This document shows, in pieces, positions 9,301-16,920 of a stretch of DNA of 64,000 bases. Source of the stretch: Acidobacteriota bacterium. GTDB lineage: Bacteria > Acidobacteriota > UBA4820 > DSQY01. The stretch lies in NCBI GenBank assembly GCA_037444825.1, contig JBBILR010000002.1, forward strand, positions 27,984-91,983, in the 5' to 3' direction. The notes under the pieces are model-generated. The model worked only from the letters and a program-made list of their open reading frames with translations, searched no databases and had not been told where the DNA came from. Positions within the stretch are counted from its first letter, which is position 1, and each line of letters opens with the position of its first letter. Both the position numbers and the translations under genes were made by a program.

Positions 9301-10666
9301 GGACCCCGTCTTCGCTCAGGCAGAAGTCGGAAGCGGTGAGCCCCGTCACCGCCCCCCCGGCGGCGTCGAGGACGCTCACCACGGCCTTGACGGTGGGGCA
9401 GGCGGAGGTGTCCACCTGGTTGAGCAACAGCGTGGCGGGGCAGGTGGACTGGCAGCCCGCCGGCACGTTCACGTGGCCGGGAACGGTCTTCGTGCCGGCG
9501 TTGGTGGAGGAGACCTGAATGGTGTAGGCGAGGTCCCCGGTGACCGCCCCGCTGGCGCTGACCTGCCAGGAGAGGAGTGCGGAGGAGCCGAGGGGGAGGT
9601 CCCCCACCGTCTGGGTGGCGCTGCCGGCGGCCAGAGACAGGCCCGCCGGCAGGGTCAGCGTGGCGGAGAGCCCCGTCACGGTCCCGCTGGAGCCGGAGAG
9701 GGTGTTGGAAAGGTACAGGGACACGGTGAAGGGGTTGGGGGAGAAGAGGTGGTTGACGCAGTCCAGGTTGGAGGGGGCCGTGAGGGCCGTGGCCACCGGA
9801 GGGACGGTGTCCACCGCGATGGACCCCAGCCCGTAGTAGGTTCCGAAGGTGAGGCTCGACCCCGGGGCCAGCGCCCGGTTCTCCCAGTAGACGGCGTAGG
9901 CCGTGTCGTAGATGGTGAACTGGGGGTTCACGGTGTAGTCGAAGTCTTGGTCGTACAGGTGGGCCCACCCGGCCACCTGGAAGCGGTCCGGAGGCAGGGC
10001 CACCAGGCCTCCCAGGAGGGTGCCCTGGCAGGTGGTGGTGGGGTTGTAGAGGTCGTCGAAGACGTAGAAGTACGGCGGCAGGGAGGCGCCGGTCCACTCC
10101 CGCTCCTGGGCGATGGAGCCGGTCCCGGGGACCTGGAAGGGGGCGTTGTCGTTGGCCCCGATCTTGGTGTCGAGCATGATGCGGCAGCCCACCGTGTGCG
10201 AAACGGAGTCCAGGTTCTCCACGGTGTAGGAGACGAAGTAGGCGTCCTGGCGCCCGGTGGCGGTGCTGGTCACCAGCGTGATCCGCTGGCGGACCCGGAG
10301 GGGGCCCGTCCCCAGGTACCAGACGCCCTCGTTGGTCTGGCCGTTGTTGGTGGGGGGCTGGACGAGGGTCCCGAAGGAGTCCTCGTTGGTGTACACGGTG
10401 CCGTCCACCTGGATGGAGGAGAAGGAACTCCACGGGTAGGGGTGGCCGTAGAGGATCATGGGCCCGCCGGGGACGCCCATGGTGAACTGGCCCGAGGTGT
10501 CGTCGAGGGCCACCTCGATGTACGGGGACCCCGGCCCCCACGAGAGGGGCCTCGGCGGGCCGGGCCGAAGGGCCTCCTTCCCGCCGCCCGCCGCGAAGGC
10601 GGCGAAGGTCCCGGCGAACGCCGACAGGAGGAGCACCGCCGCACGCGAAATCCGACGCATTCTCAT
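3305..10666 (-). CDS. giant secreted multidomain protein (2454 aa): signal peptide, ~380-aa N-terminal domain, 4x [beta-sandwich + von Willebrand factor A domain with DxSxS MIDAS], 1 PKD, Ig-like domain, 7-bladed RCC1-like beta-propeller, 4 PKD domains, C-terminal IPT/TIG-like domain
   Basis: ATG at 10666 has a GGAGG RBS 8 nt upstream and a signal peptide (MRMRRISRAAVLLLSAFAGTFAAFAAG). Four near-identical modules each carry DNSGSLGSS...TDGEDNSSSH...GIPV(F/Y)T(V/I)GFGS (VWA/MIDAS). Seven RCC1-type blades are visible (HxLxLxxDGTVWAWGxNxxGQLGDGTT), and there are repeated PKD-type WxFGDG...HxYxxxGxYT motifs. The ORF-track start at 10843 is an upstream extension without RBS. Confidence 0.85.
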   Translation of the reverse strand: MRMRRISRAAVLLLSAFAGTFAAFAAGGGKEALRPGPPRPLSWGPGSPYIEVALDDTSGQFTMGVPGGPMILYGHPYPWSSFSSIQVDGTVYTNEDSFGTLVQPPTNNGQTNEGVWYLGTGPLRVRQRITLVTSTATGRQDAYFVSYTVENLDSVSHTVGCRIMLDTKIGANDNAPFQVPGTGSIAQEREWTGASLPPYFYVFDDLYNPTTTCQGTLLGGLVALPPDRFQVAGWAHLYDQDFDYTVNPQFTIYDTAYAVYWENRALAPGSSLTFGTYYGLGSIAVDTVPPVATALTAPSNLDCVNHLFSPNPFTVSLYLSNTLSGSSGTVTGLSATLTLPAGLSLAAGSATQTVGDLPLGSSALLSWQVSASGAVTGDLAYTIQVSSTNAGTKTVPGHVNVPAGCQSTCPATLLLNQVDTSACPTVKAVVSVLDAAGGAVTGLTASDFCLSEDGVPVTNFTVTHGSSGGGDLYTALVLDNSGSLGSSSFHEEKAAAEAFIALLGASDQAAVYGFTSAVDLVMDFTADKAALSAAIDGYPYKGGMTAFYDAVYQALSNTSTRNGRKAVVAMTDGEDNSSSHSQAQLIAYAQSLGIPVFTVGFGSADTQVLEAIATQTGGRFYAAASSGNLQAILQAIGAVMNNQYVITYTTPRADGQSHTLEPCVQAPGCSLLTAQGSFTCGAGGSCPTLTVSQVDTASCPTVKVVVTVTSPSGQAVTGLTASNFCLSEDGVSQSFSLTTGSGGGNALQAALVVDNSGSLGSSAFADEKNAAEALVGLLAAGDAAAFLGFTSQVDLVQGFTTDKAALQAAIDGYPYKGGMTAFYDAVYQALSLTGPRTGRKAVIAMTDGEDNSSSHSQAELIAYAQSLGIPVFTIGFGSADVAVLTAIATQTGGRYYASATSQNLQQILTDIGNVINNQYVLTYTTTKNDGQSHALDVCLQSLPGCPTTYASGTMRCGTSGGGNCPQVTLAQVDTSACPTVRGILTVRDATGNPVTGLSSSAFCVEEDGASITNFTVTTASQSGTSLYLAQVIDNSGSLGSSAFNDEKTAAKALVNLLGAGDQCAVYGFTSTVDLVQDFTSNKPTLLAAIDGYPYKGGMTAFYDGVWAALTNAASKSGRKAVVAMTDGEDNSSSHGKDELVLYAQSLGIPVFTIAFGSADQAVLQDIAARTGGLFFASASSQNLQQILSAIGTLLGSQYVVSYTTTKTDGALHDLRFCVTTGGCTRWVQGTFRCGASGTCPTLAIAQVDPSRCPTVQAVVSVFDGQGQPVQGLTASSFCVSEDGVPQNFTVTGAGQSGSTLYVGITIDNSGSLGSSQFQLEKNAAKTFVGLLGASDQVAVWGFDSQVDFVIDFTADKQALYAAIDGYAYSGGSTAFFDATYDALVATAAKTGRKAVLAMTDGEDNSSSHTEAEIIAYAQQARIPIYTIGFGSPDDAVMQRIADQTGGKYYRGTDAGALQQILTDIGNLINNQYVISYDTIYTDGSVHDLEICVTYQGCTAYARAVSQCGSPCAVTCQAWAPTSAFTAVPAAFFGQAVSSCGTGGVGYEWNFGDGAPLSTLQNPTHAYLAPGTYTWTLTATATGAQPCVQTGTVTVTNATCVKPRITAHPQSQVVSPGSSVTLSVAAQGTTALSYQWYEGPSGTITSPISGATSSTYTTPAVQTTKRYWVKVTASCGSTYSQTAVLSVASNAHGWGNNNSGEVGDGTSGSDRTGPVGVLGPSAFVQVAAGSDHSLGLAADGTVWAWGNNGSGELGDGTQTPSRFPKQVQGLSNVVQVAAGINWSLALKADGTVWGWGDNGNGNLGDGTTTDRFTPVQVSGLTGVTAIAAGGYHAVARKSNGTVWAWGDNYYGQCGDGGSTDRHTPVQVSGIVTASAVAAGEHHTLILKSDGTVWACGNNADGQCGDNTTTTRRTPVQVSGLTDVTAIAAGRDHNLAVKSGGTLWVWGDNYYAQLGDGTTTDRRAPVQLPGIANASAVAAGDRHSLLIRTDHTLWAWGTNGDGQVGDGTTTTRSTPVQVTGVSGVLQADGGALHSLCVAFGVSAAATPAAGPAPLAVTLQAAATGGTPPYGYSWDFGDGNTATGASASHTYTAAGTYTAQVTATDASGYTARAATTITVSSLAVTVTASPSNPSGSAPLSVDFSCAATGGSTPYTYAWSFGDGGTGTSADPPAHTYAVPGTYAAIVTVMDSQGSVKTSAPVTVRVYSPVMARATVQPSRARVGQAVSFHVSASGGDGYFPTFTWAFGDGSSGSGANPTHAYSAPGTYTARATVYDGAGNSAQSNEVTVKVYGPVSASISGRSSAGPNVPVTFSASASGGDGHYAYAWNFGDGGTATGASVSHAWATKATYTITLTVTDGLGQTATASQTITIVDPPVIASMVKKSPPFKIVVNGSNLQQGIKVYIDGTEWTGVVYKSSTKIVLTGSTLKTTVPRGVPKTFRFVNPDGGEATTVWSW
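4558..5602. repeat. intragenic tandem repeat: seven ~150-bp RCC1-like propeller-blade units
   Basis: Seven consecutive ~50-aa units with a conserved W(A/G)WGxN...G(E/Q)(L/C)GDGTTT...P(V)QV...V..(V/I)AAG..H(S/T)L pattern. Confidence 0.75.
6118..9448. repeat. intragenic tandem repeat: four ~830-bp VWA-domain modules inside the giant gene
   Basis: Protein modules at aa 466-745, 746-1025, 1026-1300 and 1301-1575 of the ORF are highly similar over ~275 aa each. This implies ~0.83-kb direct DNA repeats. Confidence 0.8.
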
Positions 10667-10950
10667 GGAATCACCCTCCTCGGGGGAAGGGGGCGCCGAA
10701 GAGCGAAGGAATCCCCTTTCCCTCCCGGGGGGAATCTTGCAAGGACCGTTCCGCCGCCGTTCTTCGGGAAACTCCCTCAAAATGCGAGGGGATGATTCTC
10801 CGCAGGCCCCGAGGGGCGAAAAATTTTCCCGGGCCCCGTCCATTTTTCGTGGCTCCCGTCGCCGAAAAAAACCTTGTGGCTTCCCGGGGAGGGGGATAGA
10901 CTTCCCGCAAGCCTGGCGGAAGAGGGGGTAGCCCCTTGCGGGAGGAAAAG

Positions 10951-13900
10951 ATGACCGGTCCGAGGCTCAGGGCGGCGGCGGCGGTTCTGGGGCTCCTCGC
11001 CGGGCAGGCGTGGGCCGGCGGGGCGCTGCGGGTTCTGAAGGCGGGTCCCGTGGGGGAGACGGCCAACCTCGCACAGGCCGGGGAGATCCGGGTGGTCTTC
11101 TCGGAGCCCATGGTGGCCTTGGGGCGGGTGGCGGAGCTTCGGGAGGTGAGGGGGTTCTCCATCTCCCCCCCCGTGGCCGGCACCTTCCGGTGGGCGGGGA
11201 CCGACACGCTGATCTTCCGTCCCGAAACCCCCCTCCCCTTCGCAACCCGGTACGAGGTGCGGATCGGCCCCGAACTCCGGGCGGTCTCCGGGCAGAGCCT
11301 GCCGAACCCCTACGTCTTCGCCTTCACCACCCCCACGGTGAGGCTGAGGAGCGTGCGGTGGATCCGCGAGGACGGGACGGTCCGCTCGCCGGTCCTCCTG
11401 GCGGTGGCCTTCAACCAGAAGGTGGACCCCCGGCAGGTTCTGCCCCACCTCTCGCTGGCCTACCGGCCCCACGACTACGCGCCGCCCCCCCTTCCCGCGG
11501 GGGTCAAGGAGCGCCTTTCCCGGGAGGACCCGCGGGCGGTGGAGGACTACCAGTTCAAGGCCGCCGCCGCCATGCTGGCCGCCAGGTCCTCGGACCCGGT
11601 CCCCTTCGAGGCCGCGGCCTCCTGGGACGAGAAGCGATTCCCCCGGGCCCCGGAGGTGCTGGTGGTGCGAACCCGGTCGGCCCCTCCCCCCAACGCCTGG
11701 TTGGAGGTGGTGCTGGACGGGAAGGCGCCGAGCCCCGAGGGCCCCGAGGTCTCGGGGGAGGTCCAGCGGTACACGGTCCAGCTGGAACCGGCCTTTTTCG
11801 TCAAGGGTTTTCGATGCACCTACCGGTGCGTTCCGGACGGGTACAACCCCCTGGAGTTCACCGCCGACGTCCGCTTCGGCGATCTGAAGGAGGCGGTCTC
11901 CCTCTTCACCGGCGACGCCGGGGGGGGCGCCGTCCGGAAGGCCTCGCCGGAAGGGGAGGGGGAATCCTGGGATTGGCCCTCTCGGTACTGGTCCCTGGAC
12001 CGCCTGGGCCTGGAGCCGCCCCCCGCCGCCTCCTTCTTCGTCCAGGTGGACCGCGGCCTGAGGTCCGACGACGGCCAAGTCCTCGGCTACACCTGGCTCT
12101 GCGAAATGACCACCACCCACCGCACGGCCTTCTCCGCCTTCGAATCGGGCTTCGGGGTCTGGGAGGCCTCCGGCGGCCCGGTGCTCCCCCTTTCCGTCCG
12201 CAACCTCGCCTCCGTGAACCTCTGGGTCATGCCGCTGAAGCTGGGGGAGCTCCTGCCGGCGGTGCGGCAGCTGGCGGTGCGCCCCGTCTCCAAGGACCCC
12301 GACACGGGGGAGGAGGAACCGGACTACACGTGGCGGCCCTTCTCCCTTCCCCCGCCCGTCCCACCGGTCTTCCGGCGCCTGAAGACCCCGGTGGACCGCA
12401 CCGCCTTCGTGGGCCTGGACCTCTCGCCCGCGTTGAACGAGAAAGGCAAGGGACTTTCGTGGGTGGCGGTGAAGAACGGCGAGGCCATCCCGGGGGCGCC
12501 CTTCGCCGCGGAACCCCCGCTCAAGGCCTCCCTCATCCAGGTCACCGACCTGGGCCTCACCGTGAAGGATTCGCCCCAGGGCTTCCTGGTCTGGGTCACC
12601 CGCCTCTCCGACGGGACCCCCGTCTCGGGGGCCTCCGTGGCCGTCTGGAAGCCGGACGGGAGCCGGGTCTTCGAAGGCGTCACCGGCGCCGACGGCACCG
12701 TCCTCACCCCGCCCCTCTCCCTTCGGGACCCCGAGAACGGGTGGGACCTCTCCTTCGTGGTCTCGGCGGAGAAGGACGGCGACACGGCCTACCTCTGCTC
12801 CGACTGGAACGAGGGCCTGGAGCCGTGGGAGTTCGGGGTCGGTTACGACCTCCACGAGCAGAAGCCGGTGCTGAGGGGGCGGGTCTTCCCCGACCGGGGC
12901 GTCTACAAGCTCGGCGAGGAGGTCCACCTGAAGGCGGTCCTCCGAAGCGACACGGCCTCCGGCATGAAGGTCCCCCCCGAAGGGACGGAGGCGGCCCTCC
13001 TCGTGAGCGACAGCCGAGGAGGCAAGGTGGCGGAGCGTACGGTGGCCCTGGACGCCTTCGGGGCGGCGGAGGTGGTGGTGAAGCTCCCCGAGGAGGCGCC
13101 CCTGGGGACCTACACCGTCACGGCGGAGGTGAAGGGCCACCACCGGGAGGTGCGGGACGCCTTCCTGGTGGCGGCCTACCGGAAGCCCGACTTCCGCGTG
13201 GACGCCGCCCTCGGGGCCGAGCGGCCGGTGGCGGGCGTCCCCCTCCTGGGGACGGTGACGGGGCGGTACCTCTTCGGCGCCCCCATGGCGGGGAGGCCCT
13301 GCCGCTTCTCCGTGACGCGGCGGAGGCTCACCGGAGCCACCCCCGCCGTCACCCAGCGGTACCCCGAGGGGTGGATCTTCGGCGAGGGGACGGACCGGTG
13401 GGACTCCCGCGGGGAGGAGACCGTGAAGGAGGCCGACGGGACCCTGGACGCCCAGGGGACCCTCCGGGTGGAGGTCCCCACCGGGGACGGCCAGGGCCTC
13501 TCCTACACCTACACGCTGGAGGGGACCGTCACCGACGTCACCCGCCAGACCCTCTCCGGGCGGATCTCCGTTCCCGTCTACGCCGCGCCGTTCTTCGCGG
13601 GCCTCAAGGACCCGCCGTTCTTCGTGGACGCGGGCAAGGACCTGGTGACGGAGGTCCTCACCCCGGACCTCTCGGGGAACCCCGTGGAGGGCCTCTCCGT
13701 CTCCCTCAAGCTCGTGCAGGTCCAGTGGCACGCCGTGCGGAGGGCCGAGGGCAACGGCTTCTACACGTGGGAAACGGAGCGGAAGGAGGTGGAGCGGTGG
13801 ACGGGGAAGGTGACCTCCGCCGCCCGGCCGGTGGAGGTCCGGATCCCCGTGGAGCAGGGGGGGTACTACCTCCTCCGCGCGGAGGCCGCCGACGGCGAGG

Positions 13901-16788
13901 GAAGGGTCTCCCGCTGCGGGGCCTCCTTCTACGCCTTGGGCGCGGGCTTCACCGCCTGGGAGCGGTACGACCACAACCGCATCGACCTCGTCCCCGAGAG
14001 GAGCACGTACCGGCCCGGCGAGACGGCGCGGATCCTCGTCAAGTCCCCCTGGGAGAAGGCCAAGGCCCTCCTCACCGTGGAGCGGGAAGGGGTCCGCACC
14101 CACCGGGTCTTCGACCTCGTCTCCACCCAGCAGACGGTGGAGGTCCCCGTGGGGGAGGGCGACGTGCCCAACCTCTACGTCTCGGTGGTCCTCCTCAAGG
14201 GCCGGACGGAGGCCTACACCGGCGAGGACGTCTCGGACCCCGGCAAGCCGGCCTTCCGCGTGGGCCTCGTGGAACTCCACGTGGAGAACCTCGTGAAGCG
14301 GCTCTCGGTGGCCGTCTCCAGCGACGCCGACGAGTACCGCCCCGGCGCCCGGGCCGTCGTCTCCGCCGTGGTCACCGACGGGGCGGGAAAGCCCGCCGAG
14401 GCCCAGGTGACCCTCTGGGCGGTGGACCACGGCGTCCTCTCCCTCACCGGCTACCAGACCCCGGACCTTTTGCCCTCGGTCTGGGTGGACAAGGCCCAGC
14501 AGGTCCTCACCGAGGACTCCCGCCAGCGCATCGTTTCCCGGAGGGTGCTCACCCCCAAGGGGGCGGACGAAGGGGGCGGAGGAGGAATGGAGGAGGGCCC
14601 GGGGGAGGTCCGGCGGGACTTCCGGGTCCTCGCCTTCTACCTGGGTTCCCTCGTCACGGACGCCAAGGGAAAAGTTACTTCTGAAGTAACATTGCCGGAG
14701 AGCCTCACCACCTACCGGATCATGGCCGTGGCCCACGACAAGGCCTCCCGCTTCGGCTTCGGCCAGAAGGAGATCCGCACCGCCAAGCCGCTGGTGCTCC
14801 TGCCCTCCCTGCCCCGCTTCCTGGCGCGGGGGGACCGGGCCGTCTTCGGCGTGGTGGTCCACAACCGCGGCGGGTCCTCGGGCCGGGTCCGGGTGGAGGC
14901 GGAGAGCCTGGACGCCGGCCGGCTGGCCCTCGCCGGCCCCACGGTCCAGGAGGTGGATTCGGCCCCGGGCGTTCCCGGGGAGGTCCGCTTCGCCTTCGAA
15001 GCCCGCGGGGTGGGCAAAGCCCGCCTCCGCTTCCGCGCCGCCCTGGGCGGGGAGACGGACGCCTTCGAGCAGGTGCTCCCGGTGGAGGTCCTCAACGCCC
15101 CCGAGGCCGCCGTGGCCACGGGCTCCACCGAGGGTACGGCGGAGGAGGCCCTGGAGGTCCCCGGGGGGGTGGTGCCCGGCTTCGGCGGGCTGGAGGCGAG
15201 CCTGTCCTCCACGGCCCTCGCCGGTTTGGAGGAGGGGGCGAGGTACCTGGTGGACTACCCCTACGGCTGCGCCGAGCAGCGCGGCTCCGCCACCCTCGCC
15301 CTGGTGCTGGTCTCCGACCTCTCGGGGGCCTTCCACCTCCCCGGCATCGAGACGGAGAAGATCCGGGACATCGCCCAGCGGAACCTCAAGGCCCTGGAGG
15401 CCTTCCAGTGCGAAGACGGCGGATTCGTCTACTGGAAGGGCTCTTCGTGCCTCTACGCCTCCGAGGTCCTCACCGCCTACCTCCTCCACGTCTTCCAGCG
15501 GGCGCAGGCGCTGGGCTTCGCCGTGAACGAGGAGGTCCTCCGCAAGGGGTACGACTTCCTGTCCCGGGCGCTGAACCGCCCCTACCCGGTGAACGAGGGG
15601 TGGTGGCCCCACTACACCGCCTGGCAGGCCTACGCGGTGAAGGTCCTGGCCGACGGGGGCCTCACCGTGGACAGCCACCTGAGCCGGCTTTACCCGTACG
15701 CAGGCCGAATGCCGGTCTTCGGCCTGGCCTACCTGGAGGGCGCCATGGCCCGCTCCGGCCGCTTCCAGGCCGAACGGCAGGACCTGTTGCGCCGGATGGA
15801 CGACGCCATCCTCCCCGAGGGGGCCGGCGCCCACGTGGAGGAGCTTTCCGACCCGTACCTCCTGTGGTTCTGGAACTCCAACGTGCGCTCCACGGCCATC
15901 GTCCTCTCGGCCTTCGCCAGGGACCCCGGGCGCCGCCACACCGCCGAGCGCATGGTGCGCTGGCTCCTGGACGCACGGCGGAAGGGGAGGTGGGGCAACA
16001 CCCAGGAGAACGCCCACGCCCTGGAGGCCCTCATCGACTACTACCGCGCCTACGAGAAGGAGACCCCCGACTTCCGGGCCGCGGTCTCCCTGGCGGGGAA
16101 GACCCTCCTGGAGGAGCGTTTCGCAGGGCGGACCACCGAGGCCAAAGGGACGGCGCTGAAGATGGAGGCCCTCCACGCGGAGGCTTCCTCGGGCGCGCGC
16201 CTGCCTCTGGTGTTCTCCAAGAAGGGAACGGGCAGGCTCTTCTACACGGCGCGCCTGAAGTACGCCCTCGCCCCCGAAGGCCTTGGCCCGGTGGACCAGG
16301 GCATCGCGGTGGAGCGGCGCTACGAGCTCTACGAGGGCGACGGCGGCCAGGGGCCCACCCGCGCCTTCCCCCAGGGCCGCCTTGTCCGGGTGACCCTGAC
16401 CCTTCACCTCCCCAAGGAACGGCGGTACGTCGCCGTCACCGACCCCCTCCCCGCCGGCCTGGAGCCGGTGGAGTCCTGGTTCGCCACCACCGCCAGGGAC
16501 CTCCAGAAGGCCCCGCCGCCTTCCTCCGGGGACGAAGGGGACGAGGAGGGCGAGGGGGAGGGGTGGTTCCTCCTTTGGCAGCGCGGCGGCTTCGACCACG
16601 TGGAGCGCCGCGACGACCGCGTCCTCCTCTTCGCCACCCGCCTGGCGGCGGGCAAGCACGCCTTCTCCTACGTGGCGAGGGCCACCACCCAGGGCGTTTT
16701 CGTCGTCGCCCCCGCCCGCGCCGAGGAGATGTACAGCCCCGAGGTCTTCGGCCGCACCGCCACGGAGGTGGTGGAGGTGCTCCCGTAG
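10951..16788 (+). CDS. bacterial alpha-2-macroglobulin family protein (thioester-containing, periplasmic; YfhM-like)
   Basis: ~1945 aa. Signal peptide without lipobox Cys (LLAGQAWA|GG). Thioester motif GCAEQ at 15268-15279 inside YLVDYPYGCAEQRG, and an A2M receptor/complement-like C-terminus. Start set at the ATG with a GGGAGG RBS (10951); the 10936 ATG is also possible. Confidence 0.85.
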   Translation: MTGPRLRAAAAVLGLLAGQAWAGGALRVLKAGPVGETANLAQAGEIRVVFSEPMVALGRVAELREVRGFSISPPVAGTFRWAGTDTLIFRPETPLPFATRYEVRIGPELRAVSGQSLPNPYVFAFTTPTVRLRSVRWIREDGTVRSPVLLAVAFNQKVDPRQVLPHLSLAYRPHDYAPPPLPAGVKERLSREDPRAVEDYQFKAAAAMLAARSSDPVPFEAAASWDEKRFPRAPEVLVVRTRSAPPPNAWLEVVLDGKAPSPEGPEVSGEVQRYTVQLEPAFFVKGFRCTYRCVPDGYNPLEFTADVRFGDLKEAVSLFTGDAGGGAVRKASPEGEGESWDWPSRYWSLDRLGLEPPPAASFFVQVDRGLRSDDGQVLGYTWLCEMTTTHRTAFSAFESGFGVWEASGGPVLPLSVRNLASVNLWVMPLKLGELLPAVRQLAVRPVSKDPDTGEEEPDYTWRPFSLPPPVPPVFRRLKTPVDRTAFVGLDLSPALNEKGKGLSWVAVKNGEAIPGAPFAAEPPLKASLIQVTDLGLTVKDSPQGFLVWVTRLSDGTPVSGASVAVWKPDGSRVFEGVTGADGTVLTPPLSLRDPENGWDLSFVVSAEKDGDTAYLCSDWNEGLEPWEFGVGYDLHEQKPVLRGRVFPDRGVYKLGEEVHLKAVLRSDTASGMKVPPEGTEAALLVSDSRGGKVAERTVALDAFGAAEVVVKLPEEAPLGTYTVTAEVKGHHREVRDAFLVAAYRKPDFRVDAALGAERPVAGVPLLGTVTGRYLFGAPMAGRPCRFSVTRRRLTGATPAVTQRYPEGWIFGEGTDRWDSRGEETVKEADGTLDAQGTLRVEVPTGDGQGLSYTYTLEGTVTDVTRQTLSGRISVPVYAAPFFAGLKDPPFFVDAGKDLVTEVLTPDLSGNPVEGLSVSLKLVQVQWHAVRRAEGNGFYTWETERKEVERWTGKVTSAARPVEVRIPVEQGGYYLLRAEAADGEGRVSRCGASFYALGAGFTAWERYDHNRIDLVPERSTYRPGETARILVKSPWEKAKALLTVEREGVRTHRVFDLVSTQQTVEVPVGEGDVPNLYVSVVLLKGRTEAYTGEDVSDPGKPAFRVGLVELHVENLVKRLSVAVSSDADEYRPGARAVVSAVVTDGAGKPAEAQVTLWAVDHGVLSLTGYQTPDLLPSVWVDKAQQVLTEDSRQRIVSRRVLTPKGADEGGGGGMEEGPGEVRRDFRVLAFYLGSLVTDAKGKVTSEVTLPESLTTYRIMAVAHDKASRFGFGQKEIRTAKPLVLLPSLPRFLARGDRAVFGVVVHNRGGSSGRVRVEAESLDAGRLALAGPTVQEVDSAPGVPGEVRFAFEARGVGKARLRFRAALGGETDAFEQVLPVEVLNAPEAAVATGSTEGTAEEALEVPGGVVPGFGGLEASLSSTALAGLEEGARYLVDYPYGCAEQRGSATLALVLVSDLSGAFHLPGIETEKIRDIAQRNLKALEAFQCEDGGFVYWKGSSCLYASEVLTAYLLHVFQRAQALGFAVNEEVLRKGYDFLSRALNRPYPVNEGWWPHYTAWQAYAVKVLADGGLTVDSHLSRLYPYAGRMPVFGLAYLEGAMARSGRFQAERQDLLRRMDDAILPEGAGAHVEELSDPYLLWFWNSNVRSTAIVLSAFARDPGRRHTAERMVRWLLDARRKGRWGNTQENAHALEALIDYYRAYEKETPDFRAAVSLAGKTLLEERFAGRTTEAKGTALKMEALHAEASSGARLPLVFSKKGTGRLFYTARLKYALAPEGLGPVDQGIAVERRYELYEGDGGQGPTRAFPQGRLVRVTLTLHLPKERRYVAVTDPLPAGLEPVESWFATTARDLQKAPPPSSGDEGDEEGEGEGWFLLWQRGGFDHVERRDDRVLLFATRLAAGKHAFSYVARATTQGVFVVAPARAEEMYSPEVFGRTATEVVEVLP

Positions 16789-16920
16789 GCCGGAGGAGGC
16801 GTCAGACCGGGAACCGGTCCGGGAGGGTCCTGGAAACCGGCCCGGGACGGCCGAGGCTTCTCGGTCCCCAAGGGCCGGAAGCGGGCCTGTCGGCGGGGCG
16901 CCGGAAGGGAGTGGGCGCGC

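Noticed and set aside
5975-10795. 1606-aa plus-strand ORF and several 400-560-aa minus-strand alternative-frame ORFs across the giant secreted-protein gene (e.g. 6525-7802, 8859-10541)
   Set aside because: Low-complexity Gly/Arg/His-rich translations, wrong frame or strand of the real 3305-10666 CDS.
10667-10843. N-terminal 59-codon extension of the giant secreted-protein ORF
   Set aside because: No RBS or signal peptide there. The ATG at 10666 has GGAGG and is followed by a signal peptide.
10777-16659. 1960-aa minus-strand ORF antisense to the A2M gene
   Set aside because: Extreme Gly/Arg/Pro/Glu bias with no motifs. It is the typical shadow ORF of a 70%-GC coding strand; the sense-strand gene has clear A2M features.
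16789-16920. Possible terminator between convergent A2M and protease genes
   Set aside because: Only short or imperfect stems (GACCGG-gaa-CCGGTC; GGGACGGCCGAG...CTCGGTCCCC) without U-tracts. Not convincing as an intrinsic terminator; termination may be Rho-dependent.
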